64,000 nucleotides of DNA from Raillietiella orientalis (taxonomy: Eukaryota): positions 1,116,001-1,180,000 of the forward strand of contig JAYWIR010000027.1 of assembly GCA_036172245.1 (NCBI GenBank), in the 5' to 3' direction. The position numbers and the translations under genes are program-made. Below, piece by piece: positions 51,241 through 63,399 of this stretch (position 1 is the first letter of the stretch; every line of letters begins with the position of its first letter). Under the pieces are notes generated by a model. That model had not been told where the DNA came from, ran no database searches, and worked only from the letters and a program-made list of their open reading frames with translations.

Positions 51241-54200
51241 ATGCACCCCAACAGTTGGGTTTCGTTCTACTGTGAAAATCATTTAGTGAATTGCATCCAA
51301 TTCAGCGCATTTAAATTACGAAAATGCGCCGTTCGGAATGATATTGTATTTTATTTGTTTGAACATGGTGAAATTTACTGGTGTAACCTGAAAAGCAGAA
51401 GTTCACATTTGAATTTTTTGAAACTCAACCATCAGGATACAGACTGGAGTGTTGCAGATATGGGTTTCAGTGACAAAAGTTTTATTTGTCTATCAAAAAA
51501 GAATGCTCTGGCCGCAATAAAGATAAGCAATTTAAACAATAAGTTGCTTCAGAGTCACTTGGATGTTGAGGAAATGGAATTGTGTCAGCAGCATGAAGAT
51601 TGCCGTGTCAGTATAGACACTTCACATCTTAAGTTCTGTAAAATTATTTCGGGATCCAAGTGCATTTTGATCTCTTGTGAAGGGCATGCATACTGGTTTA
51701 AAGATCCCTGTTTGTATGAATTCAAAGTATTTCATGACATGAATGATGAATACAAAATTACTGATTTTTGCTTCATGTCAGATATTAATGTTGCAGTTAT
51801 AGAGAGGATTGGACACAAAAATGAAAGCTTAATGGGAAAATCAAGCATTGAATGTAAGGAATTCACTCAGCCTTCATCAAATATGTGTATTTTTGAATTA
51901 AAAAAATCATTCACTGATGAAAAAGAGAAAGTTTCAACAGAAGAAATACTTAATACAGTAGCATGTAATAAGGAAAGTTATCAAAATATCAAAAGTAGAG
52001 TATTTTCCATTTTACTACCGTTATTACCTTCCAGCATTCGCTCATTATTGCACATGCCAGTATCAGACAAGCAGATCATCAAAGCCTTCTCCAAGATCTC
52101 TATGGATAGTTCTGCTCATGACCTATGTCAAGGGCTTATGACCAAGACTTTATGTGCACCCAAAAAAATTCTGGAAAAATCCGATAAAGAATCATTTCCT
52201 AAACCATCTGAAAAATTCCATAAAGAAAAGCACAAACGTGGGAATAGTTTGGATTCAAATTTGATCACTATTAAGGATTCCTTTAAAGACAAAACTAATT
52301 GGACATCAGAATCATGCATTGGTTACAAAGTGGAATGTGAAGAGAATCAGTTTTCCAAGAAAAAAACACTTGTTGATCTTGGCTGTAAACTTATGGAAGC
52401 CAACATGTATACATGGAAAGATGATGATGAAAATGATTTTCCTTCTGTAATTTGTGAACTAAAAGAAGAACTTATTATAAAGATTTCAGCAGGAAAATTA
52501 CACTGTGTTTTTTTGACTGTCGATGGCTTGGTTTACATGATTGGAGACAATACCAGAGAACAATTAGGGAAGTTAGTTCCTACAAGGCATTTTATATCTC
52601 CAAAGTTTGTTCCTTTTCCAAGCAGTTGTATTGTGTGTGATCTTGCAGCGGGTTCATATCATACTATAATCCTTGACAGTAAAGGCAATCTATTTTATCT
52701 TGGTTTGGGGTAAGTAAATATAAATATTGTTCTGTTTTTTGGAATTATTGGTGCCACATGTTTCCCTCAGCTGTGAAACATTACAAAAAATTTCTTCTGC
52801 ATCTGAGAATGAAGCTCCTGGTCGTGTTTCCAAGCTGTTTACCTGTGACCAGTATTTATTTCTCTATCGCATTCAGACTCCTCCTCATCCTAGTAGTCTC
52901 ATTGAGTATGTGGAAAATGAAAAACTGTTCTTTAGAATGCACAATTGGGCATGCAAGCATCTTCTGTCCATTATTTTGCAAGGTATTTATGGTTCCCAAT
53001 TTTGGGAACAGGGGACATATTTTCTGCATATTTTTATGCATGTAAAGTACATGTGTGCACTTATCAACATGACAAATCTTGATGTGTTACAACATAAGGA
53101 CATGGAACAATTAGTGATTGTGCAAAACTGGTTGCAGGTATCCCAATTATTAACAGAATATTCAACAGTGTATTGTGATTTACTGTCTATGAACTGGTTC
53201 CAGCACCTGTTGGACCTTCCTGGATTAGACACGCTTTTACAAGAACTCAGTGCCAATTTTCCAACTACCAACAAATTGAGTACATCTGATGCATTTTATA
53301 AAATATTTGCTGCACCCACATGCAGAGCTAAGGAATATGGTGACCACTTGCAAAATATGAGTTTCATGGTAGCTGAAGATGGTAGAAGAGAAAATGGATT
53401 TTTGATCTTGGAGTCAGTGGCTAATAAGTGGAAAACTATAGCATTTTCACTGGAACAAGAAGTTAATAGAGCTCAAACAACTCAGGCATTTTGGAATTCT
53501 TGCCCCAAATGCATGCATCACATGAAAGTAATTGGTCATAGAATGATTGCAGACTCACGTGCTGATTCAGTAACAATTCTTAATGCCAGTCTCTTTTCTT
53601 CTCCTGTTCTTGCATTATTGAGTAATGGTTTGTTTTATTTTTCTGGCTCATGGGGAACAGCTTATCCTTTGGATGTGGTATGGGTTGATGCTACTGCAGA
53701 TCAGTGTTTGGTAATTTAAATATTTTGTGAAAAAAGTTGCACATGTCCTTCAAGTATGGTATCCGCATCATCTTGCCAGAAGAATTTCTATGTCTTGACT
53801 GTAACACAGCAGCTAGTAAGGAGCATTGGCTTAAGGTATTACAGGAAGCTATTCTGGCATATATACAAGTGTCACCAAATCAAACTAAGTGTACAGTTCC
53901 ATTGGTCAGATATGCAACCTACACTTTTTCAAAGGCTCCTTTAAAGCATGCTGTTTATAAAGGTAAGTTACTTCCCATTTTTCATGGGTTTTACGTATTG
54001 CAAGGCTATTGGTTATATGGAAAGATGCAAGGTTTAGGAGAATTAACATGGCCTAATGGTAGAAAGCAATATGGAAGTTTTTGTCAGAACAAACTCCATG
54101 GTTATGGCACTGAAGAATTGATTATCGATGAAGAAGTCAAGGTTCTAGAAGGCTACTGGGAGAGTGGCAAACTGAATGGATGGGGAAAAATCATGTAAGC

Positions 54201-56116
54201 TTCACTCAGGCTTTTAAATTATGAGCTGCTACTCAGATATCCAAATGGGGATGTGTACCAAGGTTGCCTTTGTGATGGAGTCTATCATGGTCATGGAACC
54301 TTGCAGAAAGGTAAAATTACTGCATCTAGCCTCTACATTGGGAATTGGGATCATGGCATGAAACAGGATTATGGTGTCTTGGATGATAGAATTGCTGGTT
54401 AGAGACCCTGTGGTGTTAAATATTGGGAAAGTATACTGTTATCTAGGTCTTCTGTATTTGGGCATGTGGCAGCGAGATGCTAAACATGGAATCGGATGTG
54501 TTGTCAACATTGATGGCATGTATTATGAAGGTTCTTTCAGTCAAGATCGCTTAGTGGTGAGTAAATTTTCACAAGAAAGTGCTTATTTTTGCAGGAAGGA
54601 ATAGCTGTGTTAGAAGATGGTACTGTTTATAAGGGCGAATTCCAAGACTCGGGTTATCTGAATGGTAAAGGGTACTTTCTTTTTCCCAATGGTGATTGCC
54701 TGAGAGGTCATTTTATGGGCCAGTTAGGCAAAGATGTCAAAGTGAATGGAATACTAAACAAGGATGGAGATCAGGACCATTCTGAAAGGTAGGTAGGTAC
54801 CTTTGTCTGAGATTCCTTCTATTGAGCAGATCCAGTACCATTGGCCAGTATTGTGTACCTGCTTGTCAAAGGTGGCAGTCGGTATTTTCCCACTGCTATG
54901 CACAGCTTGGCATTGTTCACCCCTTTCCTCCTTCCGAACTGGAGAATCTGAGCAAGATAGCCTGGGACCGCATTGCAGTAATCCTGTCTCGCTGTAGGAG
55001 AGGAGAAGCAGTGCCATTTCTCATTTGCAATAAGGATAGTGAAAAATTGCTTAATTCATGGGATGATCTGGAAAAAATACCTCATTTTGGGAAAGACACT
55101 CTAAGCACTTTGGAACTTGAAGCTATTGAAAGTTATTTAGAAAAGGTGAGCTCCTCCTGAAGCTGCTTTTGAACTCTGGATGCAGGCTTTTTCTACACGT
55201 TGCCATCCTTTGGGAAATTTGATGGATCTTTTAGTATTTGCATATCGTAGCACTTATACTTATTGTGGCGTCCATCCCTGTTTGCTGTCTCAAGCTGTGG
55301 ATGAAGTGAAAGCAGTGACACGCAGTCTTTATGAGATTGTGTGTGTTTTATTCCCTAAATTACATCTTGCTGAAGCCAGTGAGCAAGAGCCAAGCCAGGA
55401 ATCAAAGTAATTGTTGCTCCCTATCATTGCTTTGCAAGTCTGTGTTGTAGTGTTTTGATTACCCCATCAACTCTGTTGCACACATTTCTCTTGCCTGCCA
55501 TTTATCCCTGTCTGTTTACTCTGTATGTCATTGAACATCAAAAAGCGGATTCTGCTTACTGGGATCAGCTCAAAAGGTTAAGCTGCCAATCTGACTTGGG
55601 GCTTATGAGCTTCCTGGGTATGGACAGGTAATCTATTTTTCCCATACTTTTTTCAATATGATCTTCCTGCAGCAAGTTCTGGCCTGTTCCAGGCTCACCT
55701 TCACCATTTCTCACAGCTATTGAAGCTTTCCAGCAACTGACCACAATGTTCTCTGCCCATGAAAAGTTATCTGTTCTGCAGCATACCTTTCGCATCATTA
55801 ACGAGGTATGGGAGTTGCAAGTGAAATAAATGTGGTAACTATGATTTCTAGAGTGTTAATATGCAAGAACCTGCAGGTCAATATGTGTGGACCATGGATG
55901 CTCTCTTTCCCTTGTTCCAATATGTGGTAGTACGAGCTCAGATACCTAATCTGGGAGCTGAAATACATCTTATCGAAGATTTGATGGAATCACATCTTAA
56001 TTTAGGTGAATTAGGCATCATGCTAACCATCTTGAAGGTAAGTGGAAACTTACAGAGACTTCCAGTACTGTTTCCAGGCATGCTATTTCCAGATTCAGAA
56101 CGAAAAGATTACATGA
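51241..56116 (+). CDS. ALS2: Alsin (RCC1-like, DH/PH, MORN repeats, VPS9 Rab5 GEF), ~1447 aa. Exons 51241-52709, 52771-53710, 53755-53962, 54005-54194, 54237-54397, 54447-54556, 54595-54788, 54830-55145, 55186-55406, 55451-55627, 55673-55805, 55852-56037, 56078-56116
   Basis: RCC1 repeats ([35 protein letters not shown]), MORN repeats ([34 protein letters not shown]), VPS9 domain ([33 protein letters not shown]) and C-terminus [14 protein letters not shown]. 4344 nt in frame. The start codon is less certain. Confidence 0.9.
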
Positions 56117-56351
56117 CCTCTATCTAAAAAGGACACTAATTAACTATACTTTATTGCAGCAGGCGAGGCCTCATTATCATCTGACTGTAATAATGAAGAA
56201 ATTGCTCATTGTGACAAATAGAATATATCCAAAAATAAGTGGGATGGGAAACTGACAAAAATAGAGTCTTTGATGAGGCAAACATCACAGGGCAGCAATA
56301 ATGACCATAAGTTTGATCATCTATAAAAAAACTGCACAGCAGTAATAACAA

Positions 56352-58673
56352 TTAAGAGGCACTAAGGGGAACCACATTGTGGTTATTACAAGTGGGAGGC
56401 AGCAATAGTCCAGGAGCACAAGGAGCAGGGAGAAGCACAGGGTGCACCCGCTGCTGGCTGTTATGCAGTGTTGGGTGATGACACCTTAAAAATGTATATA
56501 CGCTATCTGATTGGCTGAGTGATTCTAAGAACGGAATTAAGTCCAGAAGCTCAGTGTCACTCATGTCATTCAGCCATGAAGATACAGGTACCTTGCTACA
56601 GAGGTTAAGGCATTTCAAAGAACAAATCTTACTCACAGCATTTTCTGGATGGAAGATGTAGGAAGCTGGAGAGTTGTCCACTATCACAATTCTACTGAGT
56701 TCCCGACCCAGCCGACCTAAATCTTTGACATAGTTCCCCCGATGGAAGACACATGACTCTCTGAATAAACGTGCACGGAATACCCCCCATTTATCTAGCA
56801 GGTCAGCAACTGGATCAGCATACTTCAACAGACATGACACACACAAATTCACAGAATCCCTTACCTTAGCTAAACTGGCTGTAAAAAGTACACACTCATA
56901 GAGGTCACCCATGCGTCGTAGAAAATTATCTACATATGGCCTTTTTAATACATATACTTGATGGGCTGTACCATCAATTTCCACAGGAACAATGAAATCA
57001 GCATTACTGATTGGCTGGACATAGAGAAAGCAGGCAATAAGTGGAATTCTAAGCATAGAAAAGTTACCTTAAAAGAACTGTGTACCAATGTCTCATCCAA
57101 ATCAATCACCATGCATTTGCGATACAGATCCATGCTACGCATAGGAGGCAATAAGTATTTGATCTGACCAGGAGCACATAAGCTGGTTGAATACTGGCCA
57201 TTTTCCTCAATAGCAATGCTCTGACAAGTATTAACTTCGGACTTCTTACAGAAGCAACAAATCAAAGAACTCAGAATCTCTGAAAATCTTCTTGCTGCCT
57301 TTGGAGTCAGCTCTGAAAAGATGACATGAAACAAAAATCAGCAGTCACAAAGATCTCAAATATAAAGATGAATTTTAAAGGTGACAAAAATGAAAAAAAT
57401 GCAGCAAGAATATACAGGAGTCAAGTTAGCAATAACTTATAATGTGAAATAAAATAACACAAAGAATAACATTGCCAATGTGAATAGCACTTTTCAATCA
57501 AAGGCTGTAATATATTTACATTGTAATCACAAGGTACCCAAACTTGAATGCCAAAATGAAAGAATCTAGGAAAAAATTATACAAAGTATTTCACTTTGAA
57601 ATATGAATACATTTTCAAAAATATCTCAACTTTCTTGGGCAACAGTGTTGTAACCTTTCCACTCTCTGTGCAATTACAAGAAACTTATAATTTTAGCTAC
57701 AGAATCATCTAAAACTAGAAACTTAGTGCTACTGAAGCAAAACCAAGTAGCAAGTGCTGCTGTTAAAGAAACGTCAGTTCAAATCATAAACTATTCAGTC
57801 CAATCAAGATGATAATCTGAGCAGCCATTACTTTAACTTTGAGTTTGCCATGTGTATGTTACTATACACATGGCAAACTCAAAGTTGCAAAACACATGAA
57901 CTGTCAAAAGATGTCTAAAAAAGTTAAGCTTCGTCTAATCATGATCATTATTAAGCTCTCTAAACAAATATTTAGAGACAAGAAAGGTTGAATGCTTTCA
58001 TTAATGTATCAGAATCAGCAGTTTCCATGTCATTATCTGCAAAGCAAGTAGCTGAATTTTTTACATTTTTGCAAGTCACTTTAAACGTTTCATGAACCCT
58101 GTGGGATGACAATCCAGAAATTGTTAATCCTCACATTGCAAAAATGTTCTTGAAATTGAAACGTTCCTCGTGTACTCAGTAACTTCAGGATCATTTTGTT
58201 TATCAAATTTATATTGAGCCAAAAGCATACATCATCCAATGCAATTAAAAATTTATTTCATACAACTGGAGAACTATGCACTTTAAAATGGTAAAGTTAG
58301 GTTTTTTCTTTTTGTTTTTTTTCCCCTCCCCCTCCCCCCTTTCCGTTATTCCCCTAGCATCCAATGTTTATATTATCAATCCCCATCATGACTTTATTGA
58401 CATGAAATCCAGATTAGGTCATGTGCATTGACCGTTAGCACATGTACTTTAGCATTTGCAAACATTCTCAGCTTTCCGTATAGGTTGACAAAATAGATTA
58501 TTGTAGCATTTACTTTTGTTTAATACAATGGGAGAAAGCATTGTTAATGAATTTCGTAAGGTACTGAGCATCATGCTGCCGGTATTCTCACCTCTGTCAG
58601 AAGTATCATTGATAAAAGATTTGACACGATCATCATCCTTAAAAACTTGTGTAATTATGGACGATGCGTCCAT
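56352..58673 (-). CDS. CTDSP: CTD small phosphatase (SCP/CTDSP1/2/L family, HAD-type), ~300 aa. Exons 58673-58592, 57312-57068, 57014-56865, 56822-56637, 56591-56352
   Basis: N-terminus [17 protein letters not shown] motif, catalytic [72 protein letters not shown]. 903 nt in frame. Confidence 0.95.
57835..57886. other. Perfect 23-bp inverted repeat with a 6-nt loop in CTDSP intron 1
   Basis: AACTTTGAGTTTGCCATGTGTAT-gttact-ATACACATGGCAAACTCAAAGTT. Confidence 0.9.
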
Positions 58674-60049
58674 GGAATTTACTACTAACGTATCACCATA
58701 ACATTCTTTTATTTTGATATATTACATTTTAAATTAACGCCATATATGTTTACATGAATTCAGAAAATAAACACAAGATGGTAGCAGTGATTCTACGATA
58801 ATTCAATTTCGCTTTTGCTGCAGTCATTGAAAAACCTTGCAATCAACTTCAACAAATGCACACGTCGTTCAAAAATCAACTTTGGACGGTATTTCTCCTT
58901 ACATCATCATTCGTAATGATCATGACAACAAATCTGACAGTTATTTTTTAAATGAATAAAAAAATCGAGAATCGAGGCTTTCGCTGCCCTAATTCTTGCC
59001 GTACCAATACAATTAGAAACTTGCAAGAAATGAAAATGAAAGTTATTTCAAAGGAAGAAATTGGACATTCTTTACAAAATGCGTGCTCATGCTCGCCATT
59101 TAATATTAGTAGTAAAAAAAGAAAAGAAAAGAAAAGAAATAAAGGTATTTTGAACAAGATTGTCGCTTCAAAAAAAAATCTCAAAAATTGTTTCTGTAGG
59201 TATCCTCAGTTGTTGCTGTTGTTGTTTTTAAAATTCAGCCGACGAAAATATATTTTTGAGGAACAGTAATAAAACACACTTATCCCCTAATTATCCTACT
59301 TAAAAGGTTCAAGAACGAAATCACAGGATGCTACATATTGCAAATGTTTTCATTGCAGAGCAAAGATCACAAAGATAGGATGATTACTCTATCTTAAGAG
59401 CAAAATGGATTTCATCAACAACATGGATCCAAGTCAAAGGGCAGTTCCCTCACCCAACTGCAACTCTAGGTGGGAACGGATCGTTGCTAAAGGAGCAACC
59501 AACCCTGAAACTGCAATTCATAGGAAACACTAAAAGATCTTCTCTTCATGATGCTGCGTGTAGCCTGCACTTGCTTCGAATCCGATCTAGAGGTTGCTTC
59601 ATAAGAGGACAAGCATGCTGGATCATCACATTCTGTTTCCCCTTGGTGTCTTCTGAAGGAAGGAACTCTTGTCCGGCGTGACGACGAAGTCCCACCCACT
59701 TGGGAATTTATAAACAAAAGCATGCAATGAAATACGCCGTGGAAACATTGATGTCTTCTTGAAGGAGAAAACACATCTTGAAAAGTGGATTTGCAGTGTC
59801 TCCAAATAAGCTCTGGGCTTGGTTCGGAAGACTCATTTACAGCACTTTCATTTTGATTTTGATGTTTTTTCTCTCCAAATAACTGAGGGCGGCTTTCGTT
59901 GTGTAAAGAACTGCATGTGGACATTGAAGGTTTCGTTGTGTTTTTAAATAGCGTAGGTCACAGCGAATAGGCTTCTTTTTCTTCTTTTACACACATTATT
60001 TTCTCATCTTTGATCGTAGCATAAAATACTACCAATGTATTCGATATGA

Positions 60050-61400
60050 TTACATAAGTATGCAAGTGAAACAGTTCGTCGACTTGGTAGACGCAGTTGC
60101 CAGCTGTCCACCTTTGGAAAATCCCGAAAGCCGACATTCACAAGCTGTTAATGGATTCATATGCAATGAACTCCGTGGAAGGCACATATCGCTCTTAATA
60201 AATCCAAAGACTGAACGGAACAGAAATTCAAGTAAACATCGAGTGACACAGGAAAAACTATGGCGCCACCACCAATTCTGTCGGTTGACACTGCAAAAGC
60301 AAGCGGAGTTCGTTGCATGGAAGGCCATCACTTTTGCCCGTTTATACGAAGCAACACGTTTTGTGATACACAAGACCATGTTGGTTCGGCACGCATTTTA
60401 GCTTCCATAAAGCCCTTTAGTGTTTCTTTTTCCAAGTATTTTCGCAAGTGACAGCCTCCGAAATGTGGGACAGGAAGGCATCAAAAAAAAAAAAAACAGG
60501 AATTGCAATTCACTTTTCGAGTGGTGCGCTCTGGAACATGAGAGAGTGGACTGCAGGTAATGCGTGGATGACAATTCGTGGAAAAAGGAAAAAACGTTCG
60601 TTCCAGGTTTCGAGAGAGCAGTTTTCGATAAGTATGTATTTCGGAATTGGACACAATGAGTATACACATTCGGGAAAATAAAGATGGCTCCATAGCAATT
60701 AGCCTGCACGAATCACTTTCTCATCGACTAAGTGCATTACATATGTGATAATCACACATTGCCATAAAGCGAAAAGACAACCACATGTGGTGAGGACCCA
60801 GCTTTTGGAAAACTGAAATAGAGATCATTCTGAACGTTAGACAGCATCATCTTCTACATGTGTATGTGCTGTGTATTTGGGAATCACAAACGAATATGAT
60901 AGTGTGAATACGCCAATCAGAATGCTAGCGAAAACGCCTGAAGGGTGTGTTGAGCATCCATATTGAATGAATATGCATATGTCAAAATGGAAGACCCACC
61001 AACTGATTTCTTCGAGTTTTGCTCGGAAGAGCACAGAGTGAGCACTTTTTCCTAACCAGTCGCATCCAATATCTGTTTCAGTGACTTATTGCAGCCGTGT
61101 TTCGAGCAATGAAGAAATCTTGTGGAGTGCACGTTTGCTTATGAATGAGCGCTGCAAAAAGTCTTCGAATGACAAAGACGGTGTGTGAAACATAAAAGGT
61201 TGCTGGGCACTGTCCCCTCATGCACAACGTTTGTGATCTCGAGTCTCCAAGACAACTTTCGAGGAGAGTTCGAGGAATTCGGCACACACCACCTCATAAT
61301 CCATGCAATCTTATGCGAATATTCATCTGATCGCCTTGCAAGGTAAAGCCAAATAGCCACCCTATCCAAAGAATTCCTCAGCTGAATTTCGTACTTGGGT
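60050..61400 (-). mobile_element. Highly decayed hAT-like transposase
   Basis: PSNLLCFTHRL (CxxHxL motif) upstream of MNPLTACECRLSGFSK (dimerisation P-x-T-A-x-CERxFS-like). A possible terminus CAGGGTTGCAAC lies on the minus strand near 62071-62082. Confidence 0.35.
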
Positions 61401-62099
61401 ATCGGTAAGGAGTACTCAAAAGTCTTTAGTGTTTAAAATCTCAAAAGAATAATGAATTGCAGAGTGGCTTGAAGAAGAAAAAAAAAAAAGCAACGGACGT
61501 CCCCTCTAATGTATTTCTTGAGAATGTGTTTCTATTATGCATTCGTACCAACTTCGAAATTTTCATGCATAAATTTTTTCAAATAGTGCATGCAGTTTTA
61601 CGTCAAGTTCCTACCAGCATCGTGAAAATATTACAAATTATTATACTGCCACATTATAAACACTTTTGGGAATAATGGCGTTAAAATCATGTGGCATCAC
61701 CGAGGCAGGTCACTGAGGTCACATTTCTCCAGATTCTCCAGTTACGAATCGGAAAACACCAACATCGGTTTCCACTCCTGCAGGTCCGCTAAAGCACTGA
61801 TAAGAATAGGGTTTATGGAATCTTGAATATTTTTTCCCGGAAGTCCTGATATAATCGGGGAATTTTCTGTAGATTAACATTTGGTTCATAATTCTAATGG
61901 TTGTTTCTAATGGAAAGGAAAGGTTTCATTCTAATGGAAGTTTCTTGTTTTGGTGTCGTCGTCTTTTTTTTTTTTTTTCTCATTGGTTTCTTTTTTATTG
62001 CACATCTTAGTTTCAGCTCAGAATTATTATTCCCCTGAAAATTTTCTACCCTTCCTACTCGATTTTTGAGGTTGCAACCCTGAAAACCTCACGGCACAC

Positions 62100-62520
62100 T
62101 TTCGCACTGCCATTGACCACAAAAGCTTCCCAATGATGACCCAACACACCCCTGGCACGGACGATGCACGGTGAGAAGTGAACTTGAGCATTCCCGATGC
62201 CGTGTTCTCACCGACGACGGGACTGCAGGGAACACGAACCAGACCTTCGCAGCAGGAAAGGGAACGACCGCCTGTTGAAAATCGACTTCTGAGGCGTCCT
62301 GTCCAACGGCCGTTGAGGGGTCAAGTCGGAAGTTGGGCAGTACGTTTAAAGCTGCCTCGAAACATCCACTGGAAGATTCTTGCATCTCGCGTGGCAATGC
62401 CGGTTAGAAAGCGTCGCAGTTGCACGTGCATCTCTGATGCGGGCGAAAGCGGCTCGAGCAGCATAGATGGCAATTGTACACGGAAGGGAAGTCCCCAATC
62501 GCATTTTTGCGTTCCTCCCT
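62100..62520 (+). mobile_element. Possible L1/Tx1-like zf-RVT fragment
   Basis: RNIHWKILASRVAMPVRKRRSCTCISDAGES. Confidence 0.3.
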
Positions 62521-63399
62521 CCACTCCCAACAGTGGTGGAGCTTCACTGGAAAACACTTTTAACAGGAATAACTTGTTCCTTCCTGCATGCTTTACGTGA
62601 TAAATAATGACGATTAGATGGATGCTATCGTTTATTTATTTTCCTTGAAGGGAGCTTTCAAAACAAGCAAAATGTCAACATGTGGGTTTGGAGGCTTTCT
62701 CTCCAGGAAGTAAGGGTCCTGATGAAGCATAAATTAAGAAAGCATCTGCATTCCTCACATGCAAACAAGGGAAAGAAAAAAAAGATTATGTACTGTGAAT
62801 TGCACTCCAGAGAATGAGATTCCGGAAAACACCACACGCCCGTGGGAGCGATGGCAAAGGGCCGACGAGAAAGTAGATTTTCCCGTCAGCTGCCAGAAAA
62901 TCAAATTACTGAATGAACGAAGCAGGAGTTCATCATGTAAGGTTTTTCCGGAGGCACGAAACTACCACAAGAAGCGGCCGTAAAAGCGCTATCGATTCAC
63001 GGAACCGTCCATTGCGAAGACGTGCGACACGACAACGGACGCATACGACGACGGGGTCACGCGAGCACACGCAGGCCGCGGTCGCTTCGGGGCCGATTTC
63101 TTGCAAGGTGTTCCCCATTTGAGCGCGGAGATCCCTCGCCATTGCAAGGCAGTCCTCGCACGACCACCAAAAGTACGAGCACCGGCAGAGGCTGGAAGTC
63201 GAAAGAAATTCCACGGTTGGTTGTTGTTGCTTTTTTCCTGGAAGTGCATGAAGCCGCTGCAAGAAGAACGAGGAGGAGGCGGCAGGGAGAGATCTGGGCG
63301 ATGCGGCACAGTGGTCGTTCTGCTGAGACTTCCTTTAGGAGAATCTGCGAGCTCGGCGGATGCGTTCACCTCTCGCGGCGCCGCAGCACTCACTGCCGT

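Noticed and set aside
45672..57067. Short introns as introner-type mobile elements
   Set aside because: They share no sequence with each other and have no terminal repeats or TSDs.
61890..61940. Three copies of TTCTAATGG
   Set aside because: Short, irregularly spaced local slippage repeat with no further structure.
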